A stretch of DNA of 40,507 nucleotides from a virus. This document shows, piece after piece, positions 10,659-20,734 of the stretch. The DNA lies in UHGV virus genome UHGV-0094371; one strand, 5' to 3'. The position numbers were made by a program, and so were the translations under genes. How positions within the stretch are numbered: position 1 is the stretch's first letter; each line of letters starts with the position of its first letter. The notes below the pieces were generated by a model, which was given only the letters and a program-made list of their open reading frames with translations, made no database searches and was not told where the DNA came from.

Positions 10659-11012
10659 TTAACGGCGACGCGAAGATGCAGGTGGAGAGCCGTTACCCAG
10701 ACAGATATGACAGGAGCCACAGTCATCCGGACCAATACGTTCAACCCAGAATTGCCGACCGTTAATCGTCAGCGTGTCCATACGCTGCAGCTGTCTGACA
10801 GTGGCGGTTTCCACAAACAGGGTCGGGCTGGTTCCTTCAACACGAATCCCGGCACCGGCATATCCGATATTTTCTGGATCATCGAATACACCGACCAGGG
10901 TGGCACCTGACAAAGCGCCTGACATCACCTTTGCCTCTGTGCCCATCACACCACGGATAGCGCTATCAGCTCGCGACATGGCCTCGTCAAAGAGATTATC
11001 GAAATCAGCCAT
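10659..11012 (-). CDS. FII: head-tail joining protein FII
   Basis: 117 aa; MADFDNLFD...VFDDPENI...GSCH resembles lambda FII. Confidence 0.85.
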   Translation of the reverse strand: MADFDNLFDEAMSRADSAIRGVMGTEAKVMSGALSGATLVGVFDDPENIGYAGAGIRVEGTSPTLFVETATVRQLQRMDTLTINGRQFWVERIGPDDCGSCHICLGNGSPPASSRRR

Positions 11013-11022
11013 GTGGCCCCCT

Positions 11023-11457
11023 TCAGACTTCGAAAGCCAGCCCCTTTGCGATCAAGTCGTCGGCATCCTGTTCAGATACGCGGATAATCACACCAGGCTC
11101 TACGATAGATACCGGCTCGTTACGCGTGGCATGCAGAGCGTCAATATGCAGGGTGGCCAGCGTTTCTACTGATACCAGGTCACCCGTTGTGGCCGATTCC
11201 GTTTTTACTTTTGCCACGTTAGCAACATTGTTGTCGGTGCTGTCGGTGCTGTCGGTGCTGTCGGTGCTGTCGGTGCTGTCGGAAGCATTCTGCACGCCGT
11301 TTTCACCGTCAACTGACCCGGCATTGCCATCCAGTTCCTCTTCAAGCTCAGCAATACGCATCGTCAGTTCCTGAATGGTGCCGCTGGTACTGACCTCGCG
11401 GTTAAGCTGGGTCCCAAGTTCATTCAGGCGGGCGACCAGCTTTTCTTTTTCTGTCAT
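11023..11457 (-). CDS. FI: DNA packaging protein FI (probable start at 11457; track start 11493 is upstream)
   Basis: MTEKEKLVARLNELGTQLNREV... resembles lambda FI N-terminus; GGAG RBS 9 nt upstream of the 11457 ATG. Confidence 0.75.
   Translation of the reverse strand: MTEKEKLVARLNELGTQLNREVSTSGTIQELTMRIAELEEELDGNAGSVDGENGVQNASDSTDSTDSTDSTDSTDNNVANVAKVKTESATTGDLVSVETLATLHIDALHATRNEPVSIVEPGVIIRVSEQDADDLIAKGLAFEV
11232..11282 (-). repeat. 9-bp tandem repeat (tgtcggtgc, 5 copies plus a partial) encoding (STD)5 inside FI
   Basis: direct reading of 11232-11282; the translation shows STDSTDSTDSTDSTD. Confidence 0.9.
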
Positions 11458-11475
11458 GGGAAATACTCCAGAAAG

Positions 11476-11493
11476 GTGGCCCGACAGGGCCAC
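11476..11493 (-). other. GC-rich hairpin (GTGGCCC/GGGCCAC, tetraloop) between E and FI
   Basis: plus 11476-11493 gtggcccgacagggccac. Confidence 0.4.
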
Positions 11494-11502
11494 TGGGGGA
11501 AG

Positions 11503-12528
11503 TTATGCCAGTTTGACGGAGACGAATGCGTCAGGGTCTGGCAGCAGCATCAGCGGAGCTGACTGAATCATGGTGAATTCGCGCGCCGGATCCCCCGACT
11601 GCACCCAGTTTTTCGGGTAGCGTGTCGAGGCATTGATACCTTCGCGCTGGGCATCAGCATCAAGAATGCAGCCATAGGTACGCAGGCCACGAGCCTGGGT
11701 ATTCCCCAGCACCATTGTCAGGTCCGGCAGATAATTCTTTTTGACGTCGTTTTCGACGTACTGGCCGGAGTACACCACGATGGCCACATCGCCAAACATC
11801 CCCTTGTATGAAACAGCCATACCCAGGTCTTTCACGGCAGTTTCCAGCTCAGAGTTAGAACCACGACGCGTATCCAGCTTCTTCTCAACAGCCTTGAAGG
11901 AACGGAACAGCGCCCAGCCTTTCGGATCGAACACAATGATGTTGACCACACCGCTGGCGTTGAGCGCGTAGGCTTCAATGTCATCGGTCGGGTCATACGT
12001 TTCTTTGTCGCGGGTTGACCATGCAGCCGCACCGGCCTGGACAATGTTGTTACCAGCGCTGCGGCCCATATCGACTTCAACAGGCTCGAACGCTTCCCCG
12101 GTCATGGTGTATTTACCGCTGAGCACCGCCGAAACAGCCTGTTTCTCTTCGACCTGAGCAATCGCCAGCTCTTCATCCTTCATGTTCTGAAGGATAATGC
12201 GGCGACGGCGATAGACCGGGTCAGCGAGATTCTGCGGATCCTCATCCGGCAGGCGGCGGAGAGTCATCAGTGGGTTAACTTCGTGTTTCGGCTTCACATA
12301 ACCCGGCGTGAATTCAGACGTGCTGCCGCCACGGGAGCGGATCACTTTGCCGGAGACAATCGGCGAGACGTAAAGCGCCATATTGACCAGGCCAGGAATT
12401 TGCGACAGGTAAACCTTCTCTGTACTGAAGGGATAGGTTTCGCGGAAAAAGATACGCAGGAAAAGCGGATCGAATTTGAATTTCTTCTCATTGACCGCCA
12501 GCAGTTGGGCAGTGGTGTAAACGGACAT
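11503..12528 (-). CDS. E: major capsid protein E
   Basis: 341 aa; near-identical along its length to lambda E as recalled (MSxYTTAQLLA...KFKFDPLFLR...). Confidence 0.95.
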   Translation of the reverse strand: MSVYTTAQLLAVNEKKFKFDPLFLRIFFRETYPFSTEKVYLSQIPGLVNMALYVSPIVSGKVIRSRGGSTSEFTPGYVKPKHEVNPLMTLRRLPDEDPQNLADPVYRRRRIILQNMKDEELAIAQVEEKQAVSAVLSGKYTMTGEAFEPVEVDMGRSAGNNIVQAGAAAWSTRDKETYDPTDDIEAYALNASGVVNIIVFDPKGWALFRSFKAVEKKLDTRRGSNSELETAVKDLGMAVSYKGMFGDVAIVVYSGQYVENDVKKNYLPDLTMVLGNTQARGLRTYGCILDADAQREGINASTRYPKNWVQSGDPAREFTMIQSAPLMLLPDPDAFVSVKLA

Positions 12529-12541
12529 AGATTTTTCCCGT

Positions 12542-12566
12542 AAAAAAAGCCGCGCAAGCGGCTTTT
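12542..12566 (-). terminator. intergenic hairpin (GCCGC/GCGGC stem, GCAA loop) with T7 on the minus strand, between D and E
   Basis: plus aaaaaaagccgcgcaagcggctttt; looks like an intrinsic terminator in the late-operon direction. Confidence 0.5.
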
Positions 12567-12595
12567 ATGAATGATGATGGTTGTAGAAATGCGGA

Positions 12596-12928
12596 TTAAA
12601 CGATGCTGATTGCAGTACCGGCGAACGCGTTACGTTTAATGTTGTCGTCGGTGACGGCAGATGGCCAGAGGACATCTTCAATACGGAAAGAGCCAGATTT
12701 GTAATATGCCAGTTCCGCGCTGTTCTGGTCTGCGGTTACAGCCAGGATGCCCATTGCCGCGCCAGCATGAGCACCATCCCAGACGGTCAGCTTGCCAGAA
12801 GTGGCATCCAGCATGAGCGGCGTCATGGCTGGAGTGGAAGCCGTCAGTTTGCCAGGACCATAAGATCGGAAGAGCGGGTCGCTGTTACCGAGCGGCTGGT
12901 TATGTGTGAAAACTTCAGTAATTGCCAT
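12596..12928 (-). CDS. D: head decoration protein D
   Basis: 110 aa; FTHxQPxGNSDP...AMTPLMLD...[10 protein letters not shown] resembles lambda D. Confidence 0.9.
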   Translation of the reverse strand: MAITEVFTHNQPLGNSDPLFRSYGPGKLTASTPAMTPLMLDATSGKLTVWDGAHAGAAMGILAVTADQNSAELAYYKSGSFRIEDVLWPSAVTDDNIKRNAFAGTAISIV

Positions 12929-12937
12929 GATAGCCTC

Positions 12938-14281
12938 TTAAACGGGGGTGTTTAACAAATCGTCAGCGGCATCAGAAGATGCGCTACCTGCTGGGAGTGC
13001 ACCGGGTGCTGTTTCCATCAAACGATCCAGCGCCGTATCGGTACGCGCCTGGGCACTTTGCGGTGCAGCAGCCAGAATGCGCTGTGCGCTCTCTACCGTC
13101 ATACCCGGCGTTTCGGCCAGTGCTCGCGCCTGTGACTCACGCCCTTTAGCCTCATCGCAGTTCAGGATGCCCATGATGCGGCTATTCTCTGCAGCTACTG
13201 CTGCAGTAACCTGCGCACTGACATCTACAGGGGCCGCTACGGAAGCAATGGTCGTGTCAACGGTAGTGACCTGTTCAGCTGAGGCAGTTGTCTGAGTTGC
13301 TGCCTGGTCAACTGGCTTAGTGGTCACAGCTGAAGCAGAAGGTGATGGCATAGTTCCTCCAAGGGTTGTTTTTTTGCGTCTGTCGAGTGCTTCGCGCATC
13401 ACGCCGAGCGCATCGGTATTGTTAACAAGTTCATCCGCCAGTCCGTTATCCAAAGACTCCTGGCCGGAGAATACTGCCGCTTCGGTGTCCAGCACGTCCT
13501 GAACAGACATGCCGGTATAAGCGGAAACCTTTTCGGCAAACATCTGACGAGTGGCATCGATACGCGTCTGGAAATCAGCACGCACATCTTTCGGAAGCTT
13601 TTCGTAAGGGTTGCCGTCGACCTTGCGATCGCCGCTGTAAATCAGCGTGACCTCAACGCCGTTAGTTTTGAGCGCAGCGCCATAGTTGCTGTGCGCCATC
13701 ATGACCCCAATGGAGCCGGTTCTGGCCGTTTGTGTGACCAGCCGTCGCGATGCCGAACTGGCTATAAGCTGCCCTGCACTGCAGTTCATGTCATTGGCCA
13801 GCGCCCAGATGGGTTTGATATCGCGCATACGGGCTATAATGTCGGCGCAGTCAAACGCCCCGGACACCATTCCACCCGGCGTATCCATATCCAGAAGAAT
13901 GCCGTCAACGCCGGGGTCACTGATTGCCTGCTGCAGGCGAGCAATGATCCCGTTGTAACCCGTCATGCCGGAATAAGGCTGAAGCGCACGGGTTTTACTG
14001 ACCAGCGTGCCGGAAACCGGCAAGACCGCGATACCATTTGCCACCTGATAGCTGCGTGATGGACGGGGATCCATGTCATCATCCTCACCAAACAGCGCCA
14101 GCGGTTCGGCTATTTGTCCGGCATCAAGCGTGATGCCAGAGACGGTATCTGTCAGCCGGGTGATGCCCAACTGGCCAGCCAGCGCGCAAAAGAAAACCCG
14201 CGCATAGGCGGGTTCAAGCATCAGCGGCTCATTAAAGGCCATACTGGCAATATGCGGAAGATTACGCAGCTCGTGCGCCAT
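12938..14281 (-). CDS. C: head maturation protease / scaffold C (S49 peptidase family; Nu3-like scaffold probably nested in the 3' part)
   Basis: 447 aa; position between B and D; Ala/Thr/Gln-rich C-terminal scaffold-like tail. Confidence 0.85.
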   Translation of the reverse strand: MAHELRNLPHIASMAFNEPLMLEPAYARVFFCALAGQLGITRLTDTVSGITLDAGQIAEPLALFGEDDDMDPRPSRSYQVANGIAVLPVSGTLVSKTRALQPYSGMTGYNGIIARLQQAISDPGVDGILLDMDTPGGMVSGAFDCADIIARMRDIKPIWALANDMNCSAGQLIASSASRRLVTQTARTGSIGVMMAHSNYGAALKTNGVEVTLIYSGDRKVDGNPYEKLPKDVRADFQTRIDATRQMFAEKVSAYTGMSVQDVLDTEAAVFSGQESLDNGLADELVNNTDALGVMREALDRRKKTTLGGTMPSPSASAVTTKPVDQAATQTTASAEQVTTVDTTIASVAAPVDVSAQVTAAVAAENSRIMGILNCDEAKGRESQARALAETPGMTVESAQRILAAAPQSAQARTDTALDRLMETAPGALPAGSASSDAADDLLNTPV

Positions 14282-15854
14282 CTTGCTCCTCCTCGTTTGA
14301 TTTTTTCACTCCGGCCTCAAAAGCTGCAGCGGCCCATGCCGGTGGTTTCAGACCCGCAGCACGACGCTCCATGGTTTCCCGGACCTGCTGGGCAAAAATC
14401 TCCTGATAATCATCACCGCGTTTGGCGCACTCTTTTTCATACGTGCTGAGACCTGCCTCAATGAGCATGACGGCCTCCTGTACCTCTTTCAGCCCGTCAA
14501 TTGCCATTCGACCAGAGCCAATCCAGTTGGCATTCCCCCAGGCTGTTCTCGCCTCCTGGAAACTGAACCGGGCTTTCGAAGGAAGCGTGACCACGCGGCG
14601 GACAATCGCCTCTTCAAGCCAGCAAAGAAACATCTGACAGGCCTGTCGGGATGCCACAAACTTGCGACGCCCCATAAAGTACGCCCAGGACTCGTTAGCA
14701 CTTGCGCGTGCGGTCGAGTAGCTCATCTGCGAATAGTTTCGCGAAAGCTGCTCATACGACACACCAAGCCCAGCGGCAATATAACGCAGCAGGGACTGTT
14801 CAAAAGTCGAGTAGCCGTTATCGGTATCCTGCGCCGACTGAAGGTTGAGAGAATCACCCGGCAACAGGTGTGGAACCCTTGCCCCACCCAGGCGAACAGG
14901 CGCAGCTGAGTAATAGGACGCCATTTCACCGAGCCAGCCCGTAAGTTTGCTCTGCTGCTCTTTATTATCCGCGCCGAGAATAAAGTCCATCGCCGATTGG
15001 GTATCCAGTTCACTCTCGATGGTAGCGGCATACATAGCCTTCACTATCGCGCTCTGGAGCTGGGTATTTTGCAGGGTATCGAGCATTTTCATCTGCTCCA
15101 TCACGCTGTAAAACGCATTGGCCCCACGGGTCTGTCCATCCTCCATCGGTTCGAATACATGGATAAATGAAGGTCGACCGCCGGGTAGTTCGCGAGGAAT
15201 GTAGGTCCAGTTCTGCGCCATCCAGCCGGGATAACCATCGTCGCTGACGTAATATCCCAGCGCAGCACCGCTATCATTTATTTTCACACCGGCGCGACAG
15301 TTCCGGGTATCACCGATATTATTCGGATTGCTGACGCGCTTCGGACTGACCATTTTGAACTGAGTACGGAAAAGACGCGTTGAATCGCTGTCCCAGGTCG
15401 CCTGCGTGCATAATTCACCGTTAAACGCGTGCATGGCCACACCTTCTCGGATCATCATCGTAAACGTTCGCTTACGCTCGGCATCAATCCCGCAAAAGTC
15501 GTCCTCGGCATACTCATTCCATGCAGCTTCCACATCCCGCGAGAATGCCCGTGAATCCTCCTCATTTATTCCCAGATAACGCCAGCTTGGTCGATAACTG
15601 AGTCTGAAAAATGACCCGACGATGTGGTCCTGGTGGAGCTGCACGGCGTTTGCCGCGTAGCCATTATTTCGCACCAGATCGTCAGCGCGGGCATTTCCGC
15701 GAGAATAGTTGGGTAGGAGTGCGGCATCTGCACTTTCACTCGGCGGATTCCAGCCTCGCAGCTGCCCACCAAACCCGCCTCCACCGCCATGATATCCTGC
15801 GTATTCCCGAAGGGATGTTTTCCCGTCAGGTCCCACCAAAGATGGTATTTTCAT
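14262..15854 (-). CDS. B: portal protein B
   Basis: 530 aa; position between W and C, overlapping C by 20 nt. Confidence 0.9.
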   Translation of the reverse strand: MKIPSLVGPDGKTSLREYAGYHGGGGGFGGQLRGWNPPSESADAALLPNYSRGNARADDLVRNNGYAANAVQLHQDHIVGSFFRLSYRPSWRYLGINEEDSRAFSRDVEAAWNEYAEDDFCGIDAERKRTFTMMIREGVAMHAFNGELCTQATWDSDSTRLFRTQFKMVSPKRVSNPNNIGDTRNCRAGVKINDSGAALGYYVSDDGYPGWMAQNWTYIPRELPGGRPSFIHVFEPMEDGQTRGANAFYSVMEQMKMLDTLQNTQLQSAIVKAMYAATIESELDTQSAMDFILGADNKEQQSKLTGWLGEMASYYSAAPVRLGGARVPHLLPGDSLNLQSAQDTDNGYSTFEQSLLRYIAAGLGVSYEQLSRNYSQMSYSTARASANESWAYFMGRRKFVASRQACQMFLCWLEEAIVRRVVTLPSKARFSFQEARTAWGNANWIGSGRMAIDGLKEVQEAVMLIEAGLSTYEKECAKRGDDYQEIFAQQVRETMERRAAGLKPPAWAAAAFEAGVKKSNEEEQDGARAA

Positions 15855-16057
15855 ACGTAAAACCCTGCTGGCCCCCGGCGTCGTGATGTGGTGCCAACCT
15901 GAGATTCAAGGTCAGCAATATATTTTTTGAGATCGCTGACTGAAGTGGCTGTAAATTCCACTCTTCGACCGTCTTTCTGTACCGTCGCCACGCGCTTTCC
16001 CATCATCAGGTCATGTAACGCAGCGCGCGCGGCATCCAGTTCAGTCTGTGTTGCCAT
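15851..16057 (-). CDS. W: head-tail joining protein W
   Basis: 68 aa; [46 protein letters not shown] is near-identical to lambda W as recalled. Confidence 0.9.
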   Translation of the reverse strand: MATQTELDAARAALHDLMMGKRVATVQKDGRRVEFTATSVSDLKKYIADLESQVGTTSRRRGPAGFYV

Positions 16058-17979
16058 TATTCATCTCCAGATAATGCCCGCGCGTAATCCGCCAGGGTCT
16101 TGTTATTGTTACGGCTGCCTTCTTCCTCCAGCAGGCTGGCCAGAAGTGAATCAAGATTTAGCTGCCAGCGGGATATGCTTATACGCAGCGCCGCCAGTGC
16201 ATAAACAAAGCAATCGAGCGCCTCATTTCGTCGTTTTTTGCTGTCCCAGACGATCTTTTTCTTTCCGTCTACCCATTTTTCCACCTGCTCTTCAGCTGTT
16301 AGTTGTTGGGCCTCTGTTAGATCGTAGATTTCTGGGTTATTCGGGAAATGAACCGCTCCCGCCAGCGGCTCGTCTCTTTGCGCCACCAGCGTGAAACGGT
16401 TATAAATCTGCTCTTTTGCGGTGTCTGTTCCTACCTCTGTGAGGTAAACACCATTCTTGTTACGCTTGCGTGGCATGTTCGCCACTGGCTTTCCATAAAC
16501 CGACGCCCCCTTTATAGGGATCACACGAAACAGACCGTGTTTTTTTGAGCGGTTGTAGACGATGGTGGGATCAATGCCGCCAATATCCCAGCAAGTGCGG
16601 GATATAACCATTTCGAGACCGTTCTGGCGCTTATACGTCCTGTTGATCGCTTCATCAACTCGAGCGAGAGTCGACTCATCATCATGACGACCCATAATGA
16701 TAATTTTGTCGATAAGCCAGCTTTCCTCTCCCGGCCCCCATCCCCAAACACGCATTTCGTAACGGTCAAGCTGGGAGTCAATACCCGCTGTCAGATATGC
16801 CACTCGCTCCGGCACAGACGCTTCAAAGTGCTCTTTTCGTTCCGCTAAAACTTCAGCATCGGGTCGTTCACCTATTTTCGGTTCCCACGTTTCTCCCAGG
16901 GTCGTGTTAACGAAAGTTTTTCGCTTACCCGTATCACCTTTTGTTTTTATCCAGTCCTTGACGATCTGCACCCAGGTTGTGAACGGGCTATATGCGGTCC
17001 AGATGTGGAATGTAACGCTGTCAGGAGGTTCAATTTCGGTACCGGATGAAGAAAACCAGTTAAGGCCGTCTCGTGTCCAGATACCTGTTTCATCACAAAT
17101 ATACCTGGCCTCCAGAAATTCCAGCTCCTGTTGTTTAATCACACAGGCATTGTGTTCACAGAGGTAGTAAACGCTGGCAGGTTCTCCCGGAGACCATTTG
17201 AAGCCAAATGGTGTCTCTTTATCACCGAATTTCAGATACTGCTCTTCCCCACAGTGTGGGCATGGAACATGGAACCGAAGAAAATGTTCAGACTCCTTAG
17301 CAGCTCTTTCTATCTGGCACGTACCTTTGACTTTCGGTGTAGATCCGCGAATGGATTTCGGCCATACAGAACCCTCAATACGCTTATCACCCAGAAAGGT
17401 GGGAGAACCTTCTTTCTCGATGTCATCATCGAAAGCGGCGAGCTCGTCGTAGCCAGCCACATCAACTGATTTTTCACGGTAGTTTTTTGCAGCCTTACCG
17501 CCCAGGCACCAGAAACCACGACCATTCGAGAAACGCTTCATGCTCAGCGTATTGTCCCGGTGTTTTTTACCGTACCAGGGAGCAAGCGCCAGCAACGTCG
17601 GAATATCACGAATGGTCGGTTCTACATGAGACTTCATGAAGTTTTCAGCATCACCGTCGGTTGGTAACCATATTAGGGAGTTACGCTGTTTATGTTGGAT
17701 GAAATATGCGTAAACGCCGAGCAACATTTTTGAGTAGCCGACACGAGCCGATTTAACGACATTCACCTCGCGAATATAGTCATTACCCATCGCATTCATA
17801 ATTGCACGCTGAAATGGCAGTGTTTCCCAGCGCCCTTCCTGGTAGGCAGACTCTTTCGGGAGATAATAATTCTCATCTGCCCATTCAACTGCTGTTTGCG
17901 GTTGCGGCCGGTACAGCGAACGTAACCCCGCCCGCGCAGAGTGCTGCAGCCCCTTAACCTGACTGTTCGATATATTCAC
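16057..17979 (-). CDS. A: terminase large subunit A
   Basis: 640 aa; synteny and length match lambda gpA. Confidence 0.95.
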   Translation of the reverse strand: MNISNSQVKGLQHSARAGLRSLYRPQPQTAVEWADENYYLPKESAYQEGRWETLPFQRAIMNAMGNDYIREVNVVKSARVGYSKMLLGVYAYFIQHKQRNSLIWLPTDGDAENFMKSHVEPTIRDIPTLLALAPWYGKKHRDNTLSMKRFSNGRGFWCLGGKAAKNYREKSVDVAGYDELAAFDDDIEKEGSPTFLGDKRIEGSVWPKSIRGSTPKVKGTCQIERAAKESEHFLRFHVPCPHCGEEQYLKFGDKETPFGFKWSPGEPASVYYLCEHNACVIKQQELEFLEARYICDETGIWTRDGLNWFSSSGTEIEPPDSVTFHIWTAYSPFTTWVQIVKDWIKTKGDTGKRKTFVNTTLGETWEPKIGERPDAEVLAERKEHFEASVPERVAYLTAGIDSQLDRYEMRVWGWGPGEESWLIDKIIIMGRHDDESTLARVDEAINRTYKRQNGLEMVISRTCWDIGGIDPTIVYNRSKKHGLFRVIPIKGASVYGKPVANMPRKRNKNGVYLTEVGTDTAKEQIYNRFTLVAQRDEPLAGAVHFPNNPEIYDLTEAQQLTAEEQVEKWVDGKKKIVWDSKKRRNEALDCFVYALAALRISISRWQLNLDSLLASLLEEEGSRNNNKTLADYARALSGDE

Positions 17980-18499
17980 TCAGCAACCCCGGTATCATTT
18001 CATCCAGCGCAGCTGCCTTGTTCATGGCCTTAATGATGTCCTTCTTGAGGAAATCAATATGTCGGTTCTCCAGCTCCGGGAAGCGCCGCTGAACCGACAG
18101 AGGTATTCCATCGAGAATGCTGGCGATTTCTCCGGCTACCCGCGACAGCACGAACGTGCAGAATGCGGTCTCCACCACTTCAGCGGACTCTTTTGCATTT
18201 TTTAATTCCTGAGCGTCAGCCTGAGCTCGCGTAAGTCGGTGTCGCTCATATTCAATCGTGCCAGGTTGAAGATCGGACTCAGAAGCGATACGGAGATCTT
18301 CAACTTCCTTCCGCAACTTTTCATTTTCTATAGCTGCATCGCGCGCACTGTACCATTCGATTGCAGCAGCAGATTCAAAGAGAACCTCATTACCTTTGCC
18401 ACCACCGCGGACAACCGGCATACCTTGCTCCTGCCAGTTCTGAATCGTTCGGACGCTTACCCCGAAAATTTCGGATAAGCGTTTTTTGTTAACCTCCAT
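17954..18499 (-). CDS. Nu1: terminase small subunit Nu1
   Basis: 181 aa; MEVNKK...IRTIQNWQEQGMPV.RGGGKGNEVL matches lambda Nu1 almost residue for residue as recalled. Confidence 0.9.
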   Translation of the reverse strand: MEVNKKRLSEIFGVSVRTIQNWQEQGMPVVRGGGKGNEVLFESAAAIEWYSARDAAIENEKLRKEVEDLRIASESDLQPGTIEYERHRLTRAQADAQELKNAKESAEVVETAFCTFVLSRVAGEIASILDGIPLSVQRRFPELENRHIDFLKKDIIKAMNKAAALDEMIPGLLSEYIEQSG

Positions 18500-18599
18500 G
18501 GCTTACTCCTGGCAAAAAACAGAGAAAGGAAACAATCAACGGTAAACTTCCGTTTTCCTTGCTCAGCATTTCCTTTCTGGAGAGAGGACGTTTTTAACA

Positions 18600-18700
18600 A
18601 AAACAATGAGTAAACAAGAAGAAGAACGGAAATGGCATAAACCAGAAAATTTTCATAAATAGCGAGAATCTGCGCGGACGCCGCCCCGTAACAAGGCGGA
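18600..18700 (-). other. cos site (cosN/cosB), lambda-like; predicted 12-nt cohesive end GGGCGGCGTCCG (minus strand, plus coordinates 18675-18686)
   Basis: reverse complement of 18600-18700 aligns by eye to the lambda left end (lambda GGGCGGCGACCTCGCGGGTTTTCGCTATTTATGAAAATTTTCC...); sits about 187 bp upstream of the Nu1 ATG, as in lambda. Confidence 0.7.
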
Positions 18701-18787
18701 TCGCCGGAAAGGACCCGCAAATGATAATGATTATCATTTGCTGGAATGCGACTTGATTCGCACCCATTTGGACGTCTAAACGTCCAT

Positions 18788-19255
18788 TCATCGCGACAGC
18801 GCTGACCATATCGTGCCACCTGGCCGAAGACTCTTCTTCAGTTCCTCGGACACAACATCTGAGATCGCTTTTACCATTTCAGGGGATAGCTTCACGCCGG
18901 TCTTAATTTCGGGACAGATGCCAACATTGATGGCATAGCCTTTTCGTGGGTCGTTCTCTATCCGGCCAAACTGAATATTTACAGAGCCACCAATATAACC
19001 ACCAGCAGGAACACCAAAGCGCGTATTCACCAGGTGCTTAATGGCGAACTCCTGCCCTTCAGCGGTCAGGAAGGTGTAATAATTTTCCTTTTGATACTCC
19101 GTCGCGGTATGGCGTGTTTCAGCGAATCCCAGCTCTAGAAGCTCAGCAGCACCAGATTTGGCTGGCAGATCACCAGACTGAAGCGCGCCACGGAAAAACA
19201 GCGCATAAAGCACTTCATTAGCAGCGCCAGATAGCGTAATGATTTTGTTACTCAT
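18788..19255 (-). CDS. hypothetical protein (155 aa from the internal ATG at 19255)
   Basis: ORF with AAGGA RBS 8 nt upstream of the 19255 ATG; no family recognised. Confidence 0.5.
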   Translation of the reverse strand: MSNKIITLSGAANEVLYALFFRGALQSGDLPAKSGAAELLELGFAETRHTATEYQKENYYTFLTAEGQEFAIKHLVNTRFGVPAGGYIGGSVNIQFGRIENDPRKGYAINVGICPEIKTGVKLSPEMVKAISDVVSEELKKSLRPGGTIWSALSR

Positions 19256-19274
19256 GGAATATTTCCTTTTAGGC

Positions 19275-19341
19275 GTGAGCCTGTCGCACGGCAATGCCGC
19301 CCGAGAGGTAAACGCAACCTAACGGCATCACCCAGGCTCAC
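19275..19341 (-). promoter_or_regulatory. structured 5' leader (9-bp outer stem gtgagcctg/caggctcac around a nested 6-bp stem) directly upstream of the RBS of the 18788-19255 gene
   Basis: inverted repeats read directly; no T-run follows, so it is not an intrinsic terminator. Confidence 0.35.
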
Positions 19342-19640
19342 TACTGAAAGACTCTCTTTGATGTGCGCGTGCGATGCGCGTAGAAGACTGATTTATCAAC
19401 CTGTCTTTATATCAGGATTCATTACCTGACTATTTGTGGGTAAAGTTCGTAGTGCGCTGATCGTGCAAAATGATTTTAGTTGGGAACAGTTCGCAACTCT
19501 GTCCCATAAAAATCAGCATATTCCCATCTATCCCATATCCAGCGCATTGACCATCGGGATACTGAAGGGAGATTCCATCATCTCTTAGAAAGATCACCAT
19601 CTCTTTTGTTTCAATTTGCATATAGCTACCTGGAGGATTT

Positions 19641-20255
19641 ATGAATGCAAGGATTTTCATGGACTATTACCATGAGATTGATTTTCCATCTTTATTCGCG
19701 AGAGCAGTGGAAAGCGATGACGATGTGGGTACTACATTGCGCATTCACCTACTTTGTGAGCGCATGGTCGAAGCATGGATATGCGCATGCTGTGACTGCC
19801 AAGATCTCTTTGGAAGAGATAAAAACAAACTTTTAATCGAATGTAATACTAAAATATCCATGGCGGGAAACCTGGGAATCCCCCCGGAACTTATGAAATC
19901 ACTTAAAACCATCAACTCAATGCGTAATGACCTTGCACACAATCCATCAATACAAAGCATTGCTGATTCAAGGATCCAGAGCCTGAAGGATACTCTGACT
20001 GAATACTTTAAACAGCATCCAACGGAACCCAGCATGGAAGAATCAAAACTGGGTATTTTTAACGCCGAGAATCAATTAACCGAAGAAGTTTCCTTAGATA
20101 GTGACAGTTCAAAAAACAGACTTAAGTTAATCTTGCTGTTCAGCAAGTTAATGCAGGCGTTAATGCAATTAGTTGCAGCTAATCATAATGGGCGCTGGGA
20201 TAACCAATTTAGCCAATTCGTTTACCATGTGACCATGAACGCAACAAAGAGATAA
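19641..20255 (+). CDS. hypothetical protein with an R-x4-H (HEPN-like) motif; candidate lysogeny-expressed moron (alternative start 19659)
   Basis: 204 aa ORF antisense to the late operon in the lambda bor position; locally AT-rich by eye; motif SMRNDLAHN; GGAGG RBS. Confidence 0.5.
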   Translation: MNARIFMDYYHEIDFPSLFARAVESDDDVGTTLRIHLLCERMVEAWICACCDCQDLFGRDKNKLLIECNTKISMAGNLGIPPELMKSLKTINSMRNDLAHNPSIQSIADSRIQSLKDTLTEYFKQHPTEPSMEESKLGIFNAENQLTEEVSLDSDSSKNRLKLILLFSKLMQALMQLVAANHNGRWDNQFSQFVYHVTMNATKR

Positions 20256-20323
20256 ATCCAAGCCCGTTTTGTACGGACTGTTGCATTATCACAGGCACTC
20301 AGTGAATGCCTGCTGTAATGCCG

Positions 20324-20527
20324 CTAGTCGTCGAGTTGCAACACACCGTGATCCAGTGATTCTGAATAGGCGATAAGTCCGGTATAACCGGGGATAATCT
20401 CACCATTATCAGCTTCAAATTCAGGAATTGTGCCGGTGGTGATGGTGTATTGAGGCTGGCCATCTTCCTTCGCGAAGGCTGCCAGGTCTTCAATCTGCTT
20501 AGCTGTAAGAACTACTGTCATGCTCAT
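20324..20527 (-). CDS. hypothetical small acidic protein (67 aa)
   Basis: ORF with GAGGA RBS, downstream of the Rz terminator on the late strand. Confidence 0.4.
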   Translation of the reverse strand: MSMTVVLTAKQIEDLAAFAKEDGQPQYTITTGTIPEFEADNGEIIPGYTGLIAYSESLDHGVLQLDD

Positions 20528-20539
20528 TCCTCAGTTGTT

Positions 20540-20562
20540 AAAAAGCCCCGCGAGTGCGAGGC
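20540..20562 (-). terminator. intrinsic terminator downstream of Rz/Rz1 (7-bp GC stem with one G-U pair, then T5 on the minus strand)
   Basis: minus-strand gcctcgcactcgcggggcttttt. Confidence 0.5.
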
Positions 20563-20734
20563 GATTTGATTGAATTCTCGGCTCTTATCTCAGCGCAGCC
20601 CCTTACTGCGTGCCGGTTGCTCGGTGATGAGCATCAGCGATGAGACATTAAAGCCGACCGAAGGCCAGCGGCGTTCCTCATGTTGCCGACAGAGCCATAT
20701 CGACAAGAGGACGAAAACTAGCAGCATGAATCGC

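Noticed and set aside
19430-19660. 76-aa minus-strand ORF overlapping the start of the HEPN-like gene
   Set aside because: Its start overlaps the divergent gene's RBS and start codon and no RBS was seen; probably spurious.
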